NCBI GenBank assembly: GCA_963664705.1
Contig: OY761556.1
Span: 6,112,001-6,176,000 of the forward strand
Direction: 5' to 3'
From: Acidobacteriota bacterium
GTDB taxonomy: Bacteria; Acidobacteriota; UBA6911
Length of the DNA: 64,000 bases
Position numbers and translations under genes: made by a program. Shown here in pieces: positions 31,587 to 41,730 of this stretch; position 1 is the first letter of the stretch, and each line of letters begins with the position of its first letter. Below the pieces are notes generated by a model. It saw nothing but the letters and a program-made list of their open reading frames with translations, ran no database searches and had not been told where the DNA came from.

Positions 31587-32891
31587 CTAATTATTGACTC
31601 CTGGCCTCTGTTTTCTGGCTTCTGCCCTTTTCCCGGTTCTCACCCTCACCGAAACGATCCTGAACCTGTCGACTTTCTCAACCGTCAGAATCAGTTCTTC
31701 ATACCGGACGCTTTCGCCTTCGCGCAGCAGACGTCCCGTCAGAGCTTCGAGAAACCCGGCGAGGCTGATATAGGCCGGAGACTCAGGAATCTTCTCATTG
31801 AAAACCCGATTGAAGTCCCGGACAGGGAAGTTTCCCGCGATGGAGAACAGGTTGGGGGCGAGTTCTCGAACCGCCTCGGTCTCGGTATCGTGTTCATCGC
31901 GTATTTCGCCTACAATCTGCTCGAGCAGATCCTCCAGCGTGACAATCCCCTCGACTCCTCCATATTCATCCACGACCACAGCTATATGCAGATGCATGGA
32001 TTGAAACTGGCGTAAAACGATGTCCAGGCGTGCCGTATCCGGCACAAAATGGATGGGGCGTAAAAGAACCTGCAGGTTGATGGATTCCAGCCTGGAGGTG
32101 TGCTGCAGCAGGTCCTTGACATTGAGTATGCCGACCGGATTGTCGAAGTTGCCGCGATAGATCGGAATGCGTGAGTAATTGGTCTTATTGATGACCTCCA
32201 GGATCTTCGACATCGGATCGCTGATTTCGGCCGCAGTCACCTCGATTCGGGGGATCATAATCTCACGGATCTGAGTTGCGCCGATTTCGAAAATATTGTG
32301 GAGCATTTCCTTTTTTTCGCCCGTGACGCTTTCCTCGCTGGATGCCGCAATCATGGCCTTAATCTCTTCTTCGCTCATGGAATGGGCAAATGGACTGCTG
32401 GTGGATTTCAGCCCGACGATCCGGACCAGCCCGTTGGATATCCATGCCGCCAGGGAGGCAAACGGAGATAGAACGGCAATACACACCCGGACAGGGAGAA
32501 GCAGCACCCGCGCGGTTTGTTCCGGGCGCCCGGCCGCGATGATCTTGGGGCTTAGTTCACAGAAAATCAGGATAACCAGGGACAGCAGAATGGATCCGAT
32601 GAGACCCGCAGTCTGGGCGTGCCTTTCCCCGACATGGGAGGTAATGATGTAGGTCAGCAGGCTGGCCGCCGCGATTTCAGCTACCGTAACTCCGAGGAGA
32701 ATCACTCCCAATAGACGATCGGGATTGTCGAGGATCTTTTTTATTGCGCCGGCTTTGGCATCTCCGGCATCCGCCTGATATTTCAGACGGATGCGGTTCA
32801 CGGCCATGAAAGCCGTCTCGGCTGCGGAGAAGAATACCGAGAGGGCTAAAAAAATAACCAGGAGAATGGTATACAGCAGCAGCGGCGACAA
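31587..32891 (-). CDS. CNNM/HlyC/CorC-family membrane protein (DUF21 + CBS pair + CorC domain)
   Basis: FFSAAETAF, FCELSPK, MIPRIEV, YSRIPIY, VVDEYGGVEGIVTLEDLLEQIVG. Confidence 0.92.
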   Translation of the reverse strand: MSPLLLYTILLVIFLALSVFFSAAETAFMAVNRIRLKYQADAGDAKAGAIKKILDNPDRLLGVILLGVTVAEIAAASLLTYIITSHVGERHAQTAGLIGSILLSLVILIFCELSPKIIAAGRPEQTARVLLLPVRVCIAVLSPFASLAAWISNGLVRIVGLKSTSSPFAHSMSEEEIKAMIAASSEESVTGEKKEMLHNIFEIGATQIREIMIPRIEVTAAEISDPMSKILEVINKTNYSRIPIYRGNFDNPVGILNVKDLLQHTSRLESINLQVLLRPIHFVPDTARLDIVLRQFQSMHLHIAVVVDEYGGVEGIVTLEDLLEQIVGEIRDEHDTETEAVRELAPNLFSIAGNFPVRDFNRVFNEKIPESPAYISLAGFLEALTGRLLREGESVRYEELILTVEKVDRFRIVSVRVRTGKRAEARKQRPGVNN

Positions 32892-32893
32892 AG

Positions 32894-33406
32894 TTAGGCA
32901 GAGGTTTTCACCGAGCGGGAATAAGCCTCGGAGAGAACACGGTCTATTTGATCCTCAACGGATTTCTCATTAAGTCCACGGACAGTCGCTACTTCACTGA
33001 TAATCAATTGCTTGGCACGATCCAGCATTCTTTTTTCCCGGAAGGAAAGGCTCTTCCGGTAACTCAGGTAGACGAGATTTTTAAGTACTTCAGCCACCTG
33101 GAAAATTGAGCCGGTACGCATCTTTTCCGAATGATCTTTATAGCGGCCTTTCCAGTCCGCTTCCGGTTCGAAGAAATCCTCCTGGAGCAGTTTGAATAGC
33201 CCATCCACATCGGCTTTTTTAATGATCCTGCGCAATCCGACGCTTTTAACATTGGCGGTAGGAACCATTACCAGGGATGCATTGGAATGAATGCGAAGCA
33301 TGTAGAATTCTTCCGGTTGACCATTTACGAATCGGCTGCTAACCTCCTCGATAATGCCCACCCCATGGTTGGGATAGACTACTTTTTCACCTATACGAAA
33401 ATCCAT
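32894..33406 (-). CDS. carD: CarD-family transcriptional regulator
   Basis: FRIGEKVVYPNHGVG, MVP, GLR and conserved Trp (DWKGR). Confidence 0.9.
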   Translation of the reverse strand: MDFRIGEKVVYPNHGVGIIEEVSSRFVNGQPEEFYMLRIHSNASLVMVPTANVKSVGLRRIIKKADVDGLFKLLQEDFFEPEADWKGRYKDHSEKMRTGSIFQVAEVLKNLVYLSYRKSLSFREKRMLDRAKQLIISEVATVRGLNEKSVEDQIDRVLSEAYSRSVKTSA

Positions 33407-33482
33407 AAAACCTCCGGGAACTTTCCATTATATCAGAAAACTGTATTTTGAGCAAAGTTGGCCCGGGAAGTGCAGGCTTTGA

Positions 33483-33511
33483 TTGACTCCTGAGGAGATA
33501 TTCGATAGTAT
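33483..33511 (+). promoter_or_regulatory. Sigma70 promoter of tRNA-Leu
   Basis: TTGACT-17 nt-TAGTAT followed by a GC-rich discriminator, ending 12 nt before the tRNA. Confidence 0.65.
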
Positions 33512-33523
33512 TTCCGCCCGCAT

Positions 33524-33608
33524 GCCGAAGTGGCGGAATTGGCAGACGCACGGGACTCAAAATCCCGCGATCCTTGCGGTCATGAGGGTTCAAGTCCCTC
33601 CTTCGGCA
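33524..33608 (+). tRNA. tRNA-Leu (anticodon CAA), CCA not encoded
   Basis: Acceptor gccgaag/cttcggc, D-loop GGAATTGGCAGAC, anticodon arm cggga-ctCAAaa-tcccg, long variable arm, T-arm gaggg-ttcaagt-ccctc. Confidence 0.96.
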
Positions 33609-33892
33609 CTCTCTTCTTAACAGCATAAAGTAATTCTTGGTAGTCGATTCCCGATCAATTGCGTTCTTGTAGTTGTTGGCGCTGCTTCCCAAAAGGAGAC
33701 GACGGATAATATTGGGTTTATCAGTGTTGATCGGTTTCGGCCAGTGAGCAGGCCTCTTATCCGGACGCAAGCGATGAGCGATTCAAAAATTACCTTTGGC
33801 TATGCGGCAATAGAATCGGTCAAACTTCTTAGCAATCCTGTTGATTCTTCGTCCCGAGTGCCGGGGCTTGCATGAATGGGAGGGAGAGTTGG

Positions 33893-34840
33893 ATGCATCC
33901 TACTGTAGCCATAGTAATGCCTTGCTACAATGAATCGGAAATTCTACCACTGACCATGAAGGCTGTTTCCGATCTTCTGGCCGGATTGGTTCGTGCCGGT
34001 AAAATCAGCGAAAATAGCTTCATACTGGGAGTAGACGACGGAAGCAGGGATAGGACCTGGAACATAATCGCTGAGCTTCATGCGAAGATGCCAAGCCAAA
34101 TTAAGGGGATTAAGCTGTCAGGGAATGTCGGCCACCAGAAGGCTTTGCTGGCCGGCCTGCATTATGTTCGGGGCAAGGCCGACTGTGCTGTCTCTATTGA
34201 TGCGGACTTGCAGGATGATATTGGTGCAATAGAGCACATGATCAATGCTTTCCAGGAAGGTGCTGAAGTAGTCTATGGTGTCCGGCGGCATCGGGATAGC
34301 GATACACGCTACAAGAGATGGACCGCGATCGGTTTTTATAGGGTCGTTCGCAGGCTTGGTGTGGCCGTTGTGGAAAACCATGCCGATTTTCGATTGCTGA
34401 GTTCTAAGGTGCTCGAATGTCTGCATGCATTTCCGGAAACAAATGTGTTTTTGCGCGGACTTATTCCTCTGATCGGATTCAAAACCGCGGAGGTTTTATA
34501 TGACAGGCATTCGCGGGTGGCTGGTCAGTCCAAGTATCCGCTTAAGAAAATGCTCTCGCTTGCATGGGATGGAATTACTTCGTTCAGCCCCGCCCCGCTT
34601 CGAATGATCTCTCTGGTTGGCGCAGGCCTGTTCGTACTTGCAGTTATCGCCTCGCTTTATTCCCTGGTACAGCATCTGGCCGGCCACACGATTGTCGGTT
34701 GGACCTCGGTCGTTATTTCCATATACATGTTGGGAGGAATCCAGCTCTTGGCGATCGGTGCCATAGGAGAGTATCTGTCAAAAATCTACATCGAGGTGAA
34801 GCATCGACCGCAATATTTTGTTGAATGTGAACTGCCGTGA
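33893..34840 (+). CDS. GtrB-like GT2 polyprenol-phosphate glycosyltransferase
   Basis: MPCYNE, VDDGSRD, NVGHQKAL, DADLQD, ADFRL, GITSFS, two C-terminal TMs, GEYL..IY.EVK.RP. Confidence 0.9.
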   Translation: MHPTVAIVMPCYNESEILPLTMKAVSDLLAGLVRAGKISENSFILGVDDGSRDRTWNIIAELHAKMPSQIKGIKLSGNVGHQKALLAGLHYVRGKADCAVSIDADLQDDIGAIEHMINAFQEGAEVVYGVRRHRDSDTRYKRWTAIGFYRVVRRLGVAVVENHADFRLLSSKVLECLHAFPETNVFLRGLIPLIGFKTAEVLYDRHSRVAGQSKYPLKKMLSLAWDGITSFSPAPLRMISLVGAGLFVLAVIASLYSLVQHLAGHTIVGWTSVVISIYMLGGIQLLAIGAIGEYLSKIYIEVKHRPQYFVECELP

Positions 34841-35508
34841 GCCAAATCGATTTCGACGACTATGCGGATGACTACGAACATCTGGTGGACAAACAGACTT
34901 CCTTTTTTGATGACGGCGATTATTTTGCCGAGTACAAGGTGTTGCTGGCTCGCGAAATCTCAAAGTTGAGCAGCGGCAATATAATGGATTTTGGTTGTGG
35001 AATCGGGCAGAGCATACCATTTTTTCAAAGGCACTTTCCCGGTTCCAGGATTACAGGGTGCGATGTTTCCAGGAGGAGTCTGCAGCGGGCAAGCGAAAAG
35101 TATTCTTATGCTGAATTCGTACAGCCCAACGATCTGTCAGCCGATTCCGTTTTCGATCTTATCTTTGCCTCGGGTGTTTTTCATCATATTCCACCATCTG
35201 ATCGTATAGCCGCGCTGAGATTTTGCTATAGGCATCTGACTGACGGCGGAATTCTCATCGTTTTTGAGCACAATCCCTACAATCCCATTACCCGCGGACT
35301 GGTCGCCACCTGTCCCTTTGACAAAGATGCCGCGCTTCTGTCCCGGAAGGAACTGCGAGCCATTTTTGCAGAGGCCGGATTGAAACGGATGCAATCGGGA
35401 TATACCTTGTTTTTCCCTTCCCCTCTTCGAGCCATGCGCAGCCTGGAGAGATATTTGCGCTTCCTGCCGTTCGGCGGACAGTATTATGTTGCAGGAGAGC
35501 GGCATTGA
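34837..35508 (+). CDS. Class I SAM-dependent methyltransferase
   Basis: MDFGCGIG, GVFHHI, FEHNPYNP; GTGA overlap with the GT2 gene. Confidence 0.85.
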   Translation: MSQIDFDDYADDYEHLVDKQTSFFDDGDYFAEYKVLLAREISKLSSGNIMDFGCGIGQSIPFFQRHFPGSRITGCDVSRRSLQRASEKYSYAEFVQPNDLSADSVFDLIFASGVFHHIPPSDRIAALRFCYRHLTDGGILIVFEHNPYNPITRGLVATCPFDKDAALLSRKELRAIFAEAGLKRMQSGYTLFFPSPLRAMRSLERYLRFLPFGGQYYVAGERH

Positions 35509-35565
35509 GCAGCGAATCCTTTCGTAACCCTTGGTTGGCGGCAGAGTTATTCTGTTGGAGGTTCG

Positions 35566-36975
35566 ATGAGTCGTTCTGTTAGAACCAGCAAGTGGATCCT
35601 TTTGTTTGCAGTCGTCGCTCTTTTTGCAGGAGCCTGGAATTTTTTTGAAAGGTGGAATCAGGCGGATTTATTTGCAACCTTCCCGGTCTATCAGCGAGGG
35701 GACACTTGGATACTGGCGGGACAATGTGCCCGTGACACCGGTGTCCTGTTGGCAGGATGCTCTGACAAGAAGAATTTGGTTCCCTTTGAGGATTTATCGA
35801 CGGCTGATGATCCCGGCCATGCTTTGATTCTAGGAATTCTGGGTAAATACTCTCGAGCCCCTATCGATAAGGTAACACTTGTAAAAATTAATTTTGCCAT
35901 CAATGCCCTGGGCACGCTGCTTATCGCCGGATTGCTTTGGTATGGAGACCGAAAAATTGCGGCGTGTTTGTTTATGTTGTGGGCGGCCGGGGTTGTATTT
36001 CTTAATTTCCTGTGCTCGGATGTTACCGGCGCTTTTTGGGGGATTTTCGGACTTGCGCTGGCATTACCCCTTTGGCTGGCAATACATTCCGCAAAGCAAA
36101 GCAGCAATCTTGTTCTCTGGACCGGAATCGCAGTCGGCACATTGTTGATTGGCATCGCAACTGTACTGAGAGAACCGATCGGATTGATAGGATCGCTCAG
36201 TGCGCTTTTGGCGCTCGTTCCCATGATGCGAGGACGATGGGCATCATGCAAGCCCGCGACCAAGCTTTTATATGGGGCATGCGTTCTAATCATGACTGTC
36301 TTACCCTCCGAGGCAACCTCGGGGCTTGTATGGATGAGAAAGGCTGCCTTCGGTGTAGAGCCCGGCAAGCTCATGCATCGGCACGGTTTTTCCCATAATC
36401 TATATCTGGGATTGGGGGCAAAAGACAATCCGTGGGGGATCGTTTGGGATGATGGTAATGCCGAAAGCGCCGTCAAGCGGGCTAATCCCAAGGTGGCCTA
36501 TGTTTCCGAGGAATATTACTCCATTCTGTGGCGCTTATACCTGGACAAAGTGGCCCATTACCCGATCACAGTAATAAGCATCTATGTCCTAAAGACAATC
36601 GACATATTGCAAATGACAATGCCCAGGCAACCGACCATTGGCATTTCTGTGCTTTTGCTTCTGCTGATCCCATGTCTGCGCCTGATTCCCAGGTTCTCAA
36701 AATTTTTCAGCTTTGCCGATGAAGCTTTGCCAATGATTGGTATTTTGGCTTTTGCCGGACTTCTTATTCTGGGACAGGGCGTACTTACGATTCCCTATTA
36801 CAACTATATTTTTCCAGTGGCTATTGTAATTGCTCTGATTGCCGGACTTTTTTTGGATCGCCTGTCGGTTTCGCTCATGATGCCCGCATCGGACGTACCC
36901 GAAAACCGGCCACGCTGGAAGGCGGGCAAGCAAAAACAAAAGTCTTCATCCATAGCAAGTCGTGGTTCAAGGTAG
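35566..36975 (+). CDS. Polytopic membrane protein, probable GT-C-fold glycosyltransferase
   Basis: About 10 hydrophobic segments with two large loops (DDPG; HNLYLGLG...WDD); position after the GtrB-like gene. Function inferred from context. Confidence 0.55.
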   Translation: MSRSVRTSKWILLFAVVALFAGAWNFFERWNQADLFATFPVYQRGDTWILAGQCARDTGVLLAGCSDKKNLVPFEDLSTADDPGHALILGILGKYSRAPIDKVTLVKINFAINALGTLLIAGLLWYGDRKIAACLFMLWAAGVVFLNFLCSDVTGAFWGIFGLALALPLWLAIHSAKQSSNLVLWTGIAVGTLLIGIATVLREPIGLIGSLSALLALVPMMRGRWASCKPATKLLYGACVLIMTVLPSEATSGLVWMRKAAFGVEPGKLMHRHGFSHNLYLGLGAKDNPWGIVWDDGNAESAVKRANPKVAYVSEEYYSILWRLYLDKVAHYPITVISIYVLKTIDILQMTMPRQPTIGISVLLLLLIPCLRLIPRFSKFFSFADEALPMIGILAFAGLLILGQGVLTIPYYNYIFPVAIVIALIAGLFLDRLSVSLMMPASDVPENRPRWKAGKQKQKSSSIASRGSR

Positions 36976-37053
36976 AGGGCCTGAGAAATACCCGCGTGCT
37001 CATTCCCGCAATGCGGATAAATAGCGGATCCAGTCGTGACTCGCTCCGAGAGG

Positions 37054-37112
37054 AAGCCGGGGGCCACTGGGAGCGCCGCCGTCCAGGCGGTTCTCCCGAC
37101 AGCGGCTTTTTT
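37054..37112 (+). terminator. Terminator-like interrupted hairpin after the glycosylation cassette
   Basis: aagccg/cggctt, gggag/ctccc and gccgcc/ggcggt nested stems followed by a T-run. Confidence 0.5.
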
Positions 37113-37365
37113 CTCTCCTTTGTCCATGAATTTTCCTTTCCGTTTTTCCCCAGATACTTTCATATACCGGTTACCGAACAGCGCTAAACCCGACAGCCCA
37201 TTCGCCGATAAGGATTGGGGGAAATATATCCTCCGTTACAATCCGCATATGCTGGTGTCGGTGGTCGAAATGGGTAGTTGATATTATAACGCCTGTAAAA
37301 AGAATGAGTTATATCATTGCGAGATTCTCTCGGTTGTCTTAGTTAGGGCGGTAAGAAGGGTTTTT

Positions 37366-37929
37366 ATGAGTGCACAGGTTTTATTTGTTGACGATGATTC
37401 GATGCTGTTGGACGCAATTTCGCGTTCGCTGCGGCGGGAACCCTATGAGATTCACACGGTTGAATCCGCCGAAGAGGCGCTCCGGTTTCTGCAGGCTCAC
37501 TCGGTTGATGTTGTGGTTGCCGATGAGCAGATGCCGGGAATGCCGGGGACCGAATTTCTTCGGAATGTACGCAGGCGCTACCCGGACACGGTTCGTTTTA
37601 TCCTGACCGGCAAAGCGACCATGGATCTTGTCATCGAAGCCGTCAACAATGGTGGCATCAGTCGATTCTTTCGCAAACCGTGCGATTCAGTCGAGCTTTC
37701 CATTGCAATCCGTCAGGGGTTGCAGCAGAGAGAACTCATGGGCGCCGCGCGCCGACTTTTGAGCAGAGTCAAGATGCAGGAACTGCAACTCAAAAAGCTG
37801 GAACGTCTGCATCCAAATATTGCCCGGGTCGATTGGGGTGAGGATGGCTCCATCGAGCTTCCCGATTGGGATGGCGATCCCAATTCCCTGATGAGGGAGA
37901 TTTGCGATCATCTCGAGAAGGAAAAATAG
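37366..37929 (+). CDS. Response regulator (receiver domain plus short helical tail)
   Basis: VLFVDDD, VVADEQMPG (phospho-Asp), LTG, KP. Confidence 0.9.
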   Translation: MSAQVLFVDDDSMLLDAISRSLRREPYEIHTVESAEEALRFLQAHSVDVVVADEQMPGMPGTEFLRNVRRRYPDTVRFILTGKATMDLVIEAVNNGGISRFFRKPCDSVELSIAIRQGLQQRELMGAARRLLSRVKMQELQLKKLERLHPNIARVDWGEDGSIELPDWDGDPNSLMREICDHLEKEK

Positions 37930-37933
37930 GGCA

Positions 37934-38896
37934 ATGGCTGAGATTCAGGCAAATGTTCTGATTGTCGATGATGACGTTAACGTGCTCAATGCCGCAAAAA
38001 GGATGTTTCACGGAGACGCGGATATTTCCATCCTTACCGCGTCTGAGGTCCGGGATGCCATGCAAATGCTGCGGGGAGGGAATATTCCCGTAATTGTTTC
38101 CGATCATCACATGCCGGGTATGTCGGGCGTGGAGTTCCTGGAGTGGTCCAAAACCGTAGCACGCGACAGCATGCGTATCCTGTTGACTGGAGACAACGAT
38201 TTCGGGATTGCGCTGAATTCCATTAACAGGTGCGAAGTATTCCGATTTATTACCAAGCCCTGGAACCCCCTCGAATTCAAGGCAACAATCCGCGATGCCC
38301 TGCAAAGATATCGCATGGTGACTTGCCTGAGATCCGGCGATGAGGCCAAGCTCCTTTCCCTGGTTCGAACCATCGAACTCAAGGATCTCTATACAAAGGG
38401 GCACTCTGAGAGAGTGGCGCAATATGCCTCTCTGCTCATGGATGGGCTGGATACCTCCGATGAAGAGCGCAGGGAAATACGCTACGGTTGCCTCCTGCAT
38501 GATTGCGGCAAGATCGGGATCCCGGAATCGATTTTGAATAAGCCGGGAAGCCTGGACTCTGAACAGAACGAGCTTATGAGAAATCATCCGCGTTGGGGGA
38601 GTGAAGTGGCAGTGGCGGCAGGCTTGAGCCAGAGGATTGTGCACATGGTGCTGCACCATCATGAAAGATATGACGGAAGAGGGTATCCTGAAGGACTCTC
38701 AGGCCATCGCATACCACGAGAAGCACGCATCGTTGCCATCGCTGATTTTTATGACGCCCTGGCTTCCGATCGTCCCTACCGCAAGGCGCTGAAACCTTCA
38801 GACGCGATCCAGTTGATGCGGAAAGAAAGAGAAGCCGCTTTTGATCCACAATTGGTGGATTTGTTTATTGACGGCATGGATCAGATAACGGAGTAA
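37934..38896 (+). CDS. REC-HD-GYP cyclic dinucleotide phosphodiesterase
   Basis: Receiver (IVDDD, SDHHMP), then HSERV, LHDCGKIG, HHERYDGRGYP, DALASDRPYR. Confidence 0.93.
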   Translation: MAEIQANVLIVDDDVNVLNAAKRMFHGDADISILTASEVRDAMQMLRGGNIPVIVSDHHMPGMSGVEFLEWSKTVARDSMRILLTGDNDFGIALNSINRCEVFRFITKPWNPLEFKATIRDALQRYRMVTCLRSGDEAKLLSLVRTIELKDLYTKGHSERVAQYASLLMDGLDTSDEERREIRYGCLLHDCGKIGIPESILNKPGSLDSEQNELMRNHPRWGSEVAVAAGLSQRIVHMVLHHHERYDGRGYPEGLSGHRIPREARIVAIADFYDALASDRPYRKALKPSDAIQLMRKEREAAFDPQLVDLFIDGMDQITE

Positions 38897-38944
38897 CCGG
38901 GATGGCAGGCTCCCGGTCTGAAGTCCAGCAAATATACCCCGCCC

Positions 38945-40063
38945 CTAAAAGAAGAGCCTTAGCGTCTCGATTTTCCGATCGATGTAATCCCGCACCTGCT
39001 GCAACTGCGCGTTGAACCGGCTTTTCGCAAACCTTGTATCAAGAGCGATGAGCATGATTCTTTCACGCAGCGGAATCTCGGTTGAGAGCAGGTCCATGGA
39101 ATTCATGCAGTCGATTTCATCGCCCGCAGATGACTGTCTCTGCGGCCACCCATCATAAAGGTCATTCGTAAACGCAACGACCTGCTGCAATGTCAGCGCT
39201 TCGAGGAGCCCTCCGGCATCGAGTCTTTGAAGTATGGGATCATAGCTGCGCAGATAATAGACAAGCACGGAGGTTGCATGTCGGCTGTACTGATACCAGG
39301 ACATACCTCCGACGGCTCTGTCGAAAATGCTCATGGCGGACCGGCTGAGGAAGGGGAATTCCTTGCTCGCCTCACAGCCGGCACTGTCGCAGCAGCCGGT
39401 ATGCTGAAAAAAACCTACCTGGTCGCGCCCGTCGTACCCGCAGGACGTTTCTGCCAGAGGATGGGCCATGCAACCAACCCTTCCTTTTCTATCGACAAAT
39501 CCCAGTAACTGGCACTCAGGCAACTCGCCCTTCTGATAATGCTTCTTTTTTGCAATGCATCCGCCCAGAAACAAAGATGCCAGCCCGGTGTTGACCTCAA
39601 AGACATACCGGTAGCCCTCATGCTTCTGTATGGCTTCCATGTACAACGGCAGAGAACGCCTTGGCCGTTCACTGTCATACAGCGTGAGAAAGAGTCTTCT
39701 TCTTTCGGAAAAGCGCCTTTCCATTTCTTCTTTCCCGACATCCGGGAAGGAATCCTCGTATTTCGATGCTTCTATTCTGGGGTCCTGCAGAGGGTTGAAA
39801 TTCTTAAACTTCATCAGCAGGTTGCCCGGGCCTAGATATCGGCCAGAATACCGGACGTCGTAGGCTTGTCTGCTCTTTTCATACAATGCAGCTCGCTCTT
39901 CCTTCGTGTCCTCCAGGTGCGAATCGCCCCCTATATGGGGCAGGCAACAGCGAACACACGAAACACTGCTGTGCTGGCACAGACTCACATCCAGCGACTC
40001 GCCCGAGCGCATAATGGACTGTTCTGCAAATATTCTGTCTGCCTGCTCCGCTGTGTCGTGCAT
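38945..40063 (-). CDS. Cys-rich hypothetical protein (possible metal/Fe-S binding)
   Basis: 372-aa ORF filling the gap; LCQ..SCVRCC, ECQLLGF...VGCMAHP, GCCDSAGC motifs. Confidence 0.6.
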   Translation of the reverse strand: MHDTAEQADRIFAEQSIMRSGESLDVSLCQHSSVSCVRCCLPHIGGDSHLEDTKEERAALYEKSRQAYDVRYSGRYLGPGNLLMKFKNFNPLQDPRIEASKYEDSFPDVGKEEMERRFSERRRLFLTLYDSERPRRSLPLYMEAIQKHEGYRYVFEVNTGLASLFLGGCIAKKKHYQKGELPECQLLGFVDRKGRVGCMAHPLAETSCGYDGRDQVGFFQHTGCCDSAGCEASKEFPFLSRSAMSIFDRAVGGMSWYQYSRHATSVLVYYLRSYDPILQRLDAGGLLEALTLQQVVAFTNDLYDGWPQRQSSAGDEIDCMNSMDLLSTEIPLRERIMLIALDTRFAKSRFNAQLQQVRDYIDRKIETLRLFF

Positions 40064-40354
40064 GATTGTAATAAGGAAAATACCTTTCTTCCGGGAAAGA
40101 AAATACTAGCAGGAAAGAGAGGGGCTCGACATTACTAATGCAATGCCGAGCCTTAATTATTCGAGTGTTGTATGAGTGAATACATATTAGGACTACTTAT
40201 CTCGGAAGTCAAATGTTTTTGCATAGCTAATGTGAAATTTGTCACAAGGAATATATATTCGAGACGGCAGGGAATGGTGAATAGGAGGCAGGAGGCTGCC
40301 GATATTGCTACCTTGGCCGAACGAGGGCCGACAGAATTCCTAACATCCTGTCTT

Positions 40355-41578
40355 CTACAACGTGGTGAAGGAACCGTCCGGGCGGACATAGCCGCTGAGG
40401 TCCCGAGGCTCGGAAATATCATCAATGAGATTTGCCTTATCCGCATTGAAAACAATCCCCAGCCCCGGCCGGTCGTTCGGGTAGATCTTTCCATCCTTGA
40501 AATCGAATGCTTCCTTCAGATATGACGGCAAAGCCGTTGTCAGGACTTCATTGATGACCGGGCCCGGATATGCAGTGACTGCATGAGCCACGGCAGCCGT
40601 TGAGATTGGCGCCGTAAAATGTGGCGCCAATCCAATGTAGTGTGTTTCGCATATCGCCGCGATTTTCCGATATTCCGTGATGCCGCCGACATTTGGAATA
40701 GCCCCCCGGATGTAATCCACAAGCCCCTGTTCCGCAAGGGGCTGTGTGCCATCCCATTTGTCGCCGAATTGCTCGCCGGCGGCCAGCGGAACATTCACCT
40801 GTTTTCTGAGGAGGCTGAACTGGGAAGCATCCGTGATGGCGCGAATCGGGTCTTCGACAAAGAAGGGGTTGAGCGGTTCTATGAGCTTGCACAAACGTAC
40901 TGCGTCGGCCATGTCAAATCGCGTATGCGCATCCAGGATCCAGTCTCCGTCGCGTCCCACTCCTTCGCGCAGCTCCGCGCAGACGGCGGCCGTCAGGTCC
41001 ACGGCTTTTCGGCTGTTGAAGACTCCCTTTTCGGGTTCAATGCCGTGGAAGCGAATGGCACGAAATCCCTGGTCCATCACCTTGCGAGCTTCTTCTCGGG
41101 CGGCTTTCAGATCCAGCGTGCCGCGCGATTGATAACACTCAATATAATTCCGCGCCCGGCCGCCGAGCAGTTGGTAGACCGGGGCATTCAGCGCCTTTCC
41201 CTTCAGATCCCACAGGGCACAGTCCAGCGCACCCAAGGCATGGATCTTTTCACGTCCGGGTGGATAGAAGGTTCCCCTGTACATGCGTTGCCAGAGATAT
41301 TCGATCCGAAACGGATCCTGGCCGATGATGGCGCCCGCGCAATCCTCAATCATATCTTTTGTGCCGCCCTGGCCGATACCGATCAGTCCCGAATCCGTTT
41401 CGATCGTCACGACAATTGCGCTGTGATTCAACCATCCGCTCGTTCCTGAAGTCCCGGTCGGGTTGTAAACCTTCACTCTCTTGATCTTCATTCCTGACGG
41501 TCCGGATTTCGCCGTGGTCCCGAGTGCGGCGAGGCTGGATGCTATGACTGCCGATTGCAGAAATCTGCGTCGATCCAT
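40355..41578 (-). CDS. Mandelate racemase/enolase-superfamily acid-sugar dehydratase-like protein with Tat signal
   Basis: MDRRRFLQSA Tat motif; LDCALWDLKGK, metal ligands D(DAH), E(EDP), E(AGE); GGIT; PGLG. Confidence 0.88.
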   Translation of the reverse strand: MDRRRFLQSAVIASSLAALGTTAKSGPSGMKIKRVKVYNPTGTSGTSGWLNHSAIVVTIETDSGLIGIGQGGTKDMIEDCAGAIIGQDPFRIEYLWQRMYRGTFYPPGREKIHALGALDCALWDLKGKALNAPVYQLLGGRARNYIECYQSRGTLDLKAAREEARKVMDQGFRAIRFHGIEPEKGVFNSRKAVDLTAAVCAELREGVGRDGDWILDAHTRFDMADAVRLCKLIEPLNPFFVEDPIRAITDASQFSLLRKQVNVPLAAGEQFGDKWDGTQPLAEQGLVDYIRGAIPNVGGITEYRKIAAICETHYIGLAPHFTAPISTAAVAHAVTAYPGPVINEVLTTALPSYLKEAFDFKDGKIYPNDRPGLGIVFNADKANLIDDISEPRDLSGYVRPDGSFTTL

Positions 41579-41730
41579 GCGAGGGCTCCTCTTTTTTCTC
41601 CAGCTTAACAAATTTGCAGCAATGAGAGGGATTGAAAATGAGCGTGAGGCTGCCGGTTAGGCATTTTGGTGTTCGTTCACTGCAGAATGGGGTTATAAGT
41701 CCTGCGGATGTTCATGCACTTCGGGTTGAA

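Noticed and set aside
37028-37075. ZTP (pfl) riboswitch-like GTCGTGACT start
   Set aside because: The conserved CTGGCG and downstream CGCCTGGG pseudoknot partner are missing, and no purine or folate gene follows.
33580-37400. Integrative element or prophage at tRNA-Leu
   Set aside because: No integrase and no repeat of the tRNA 3' end found by eye in the window.
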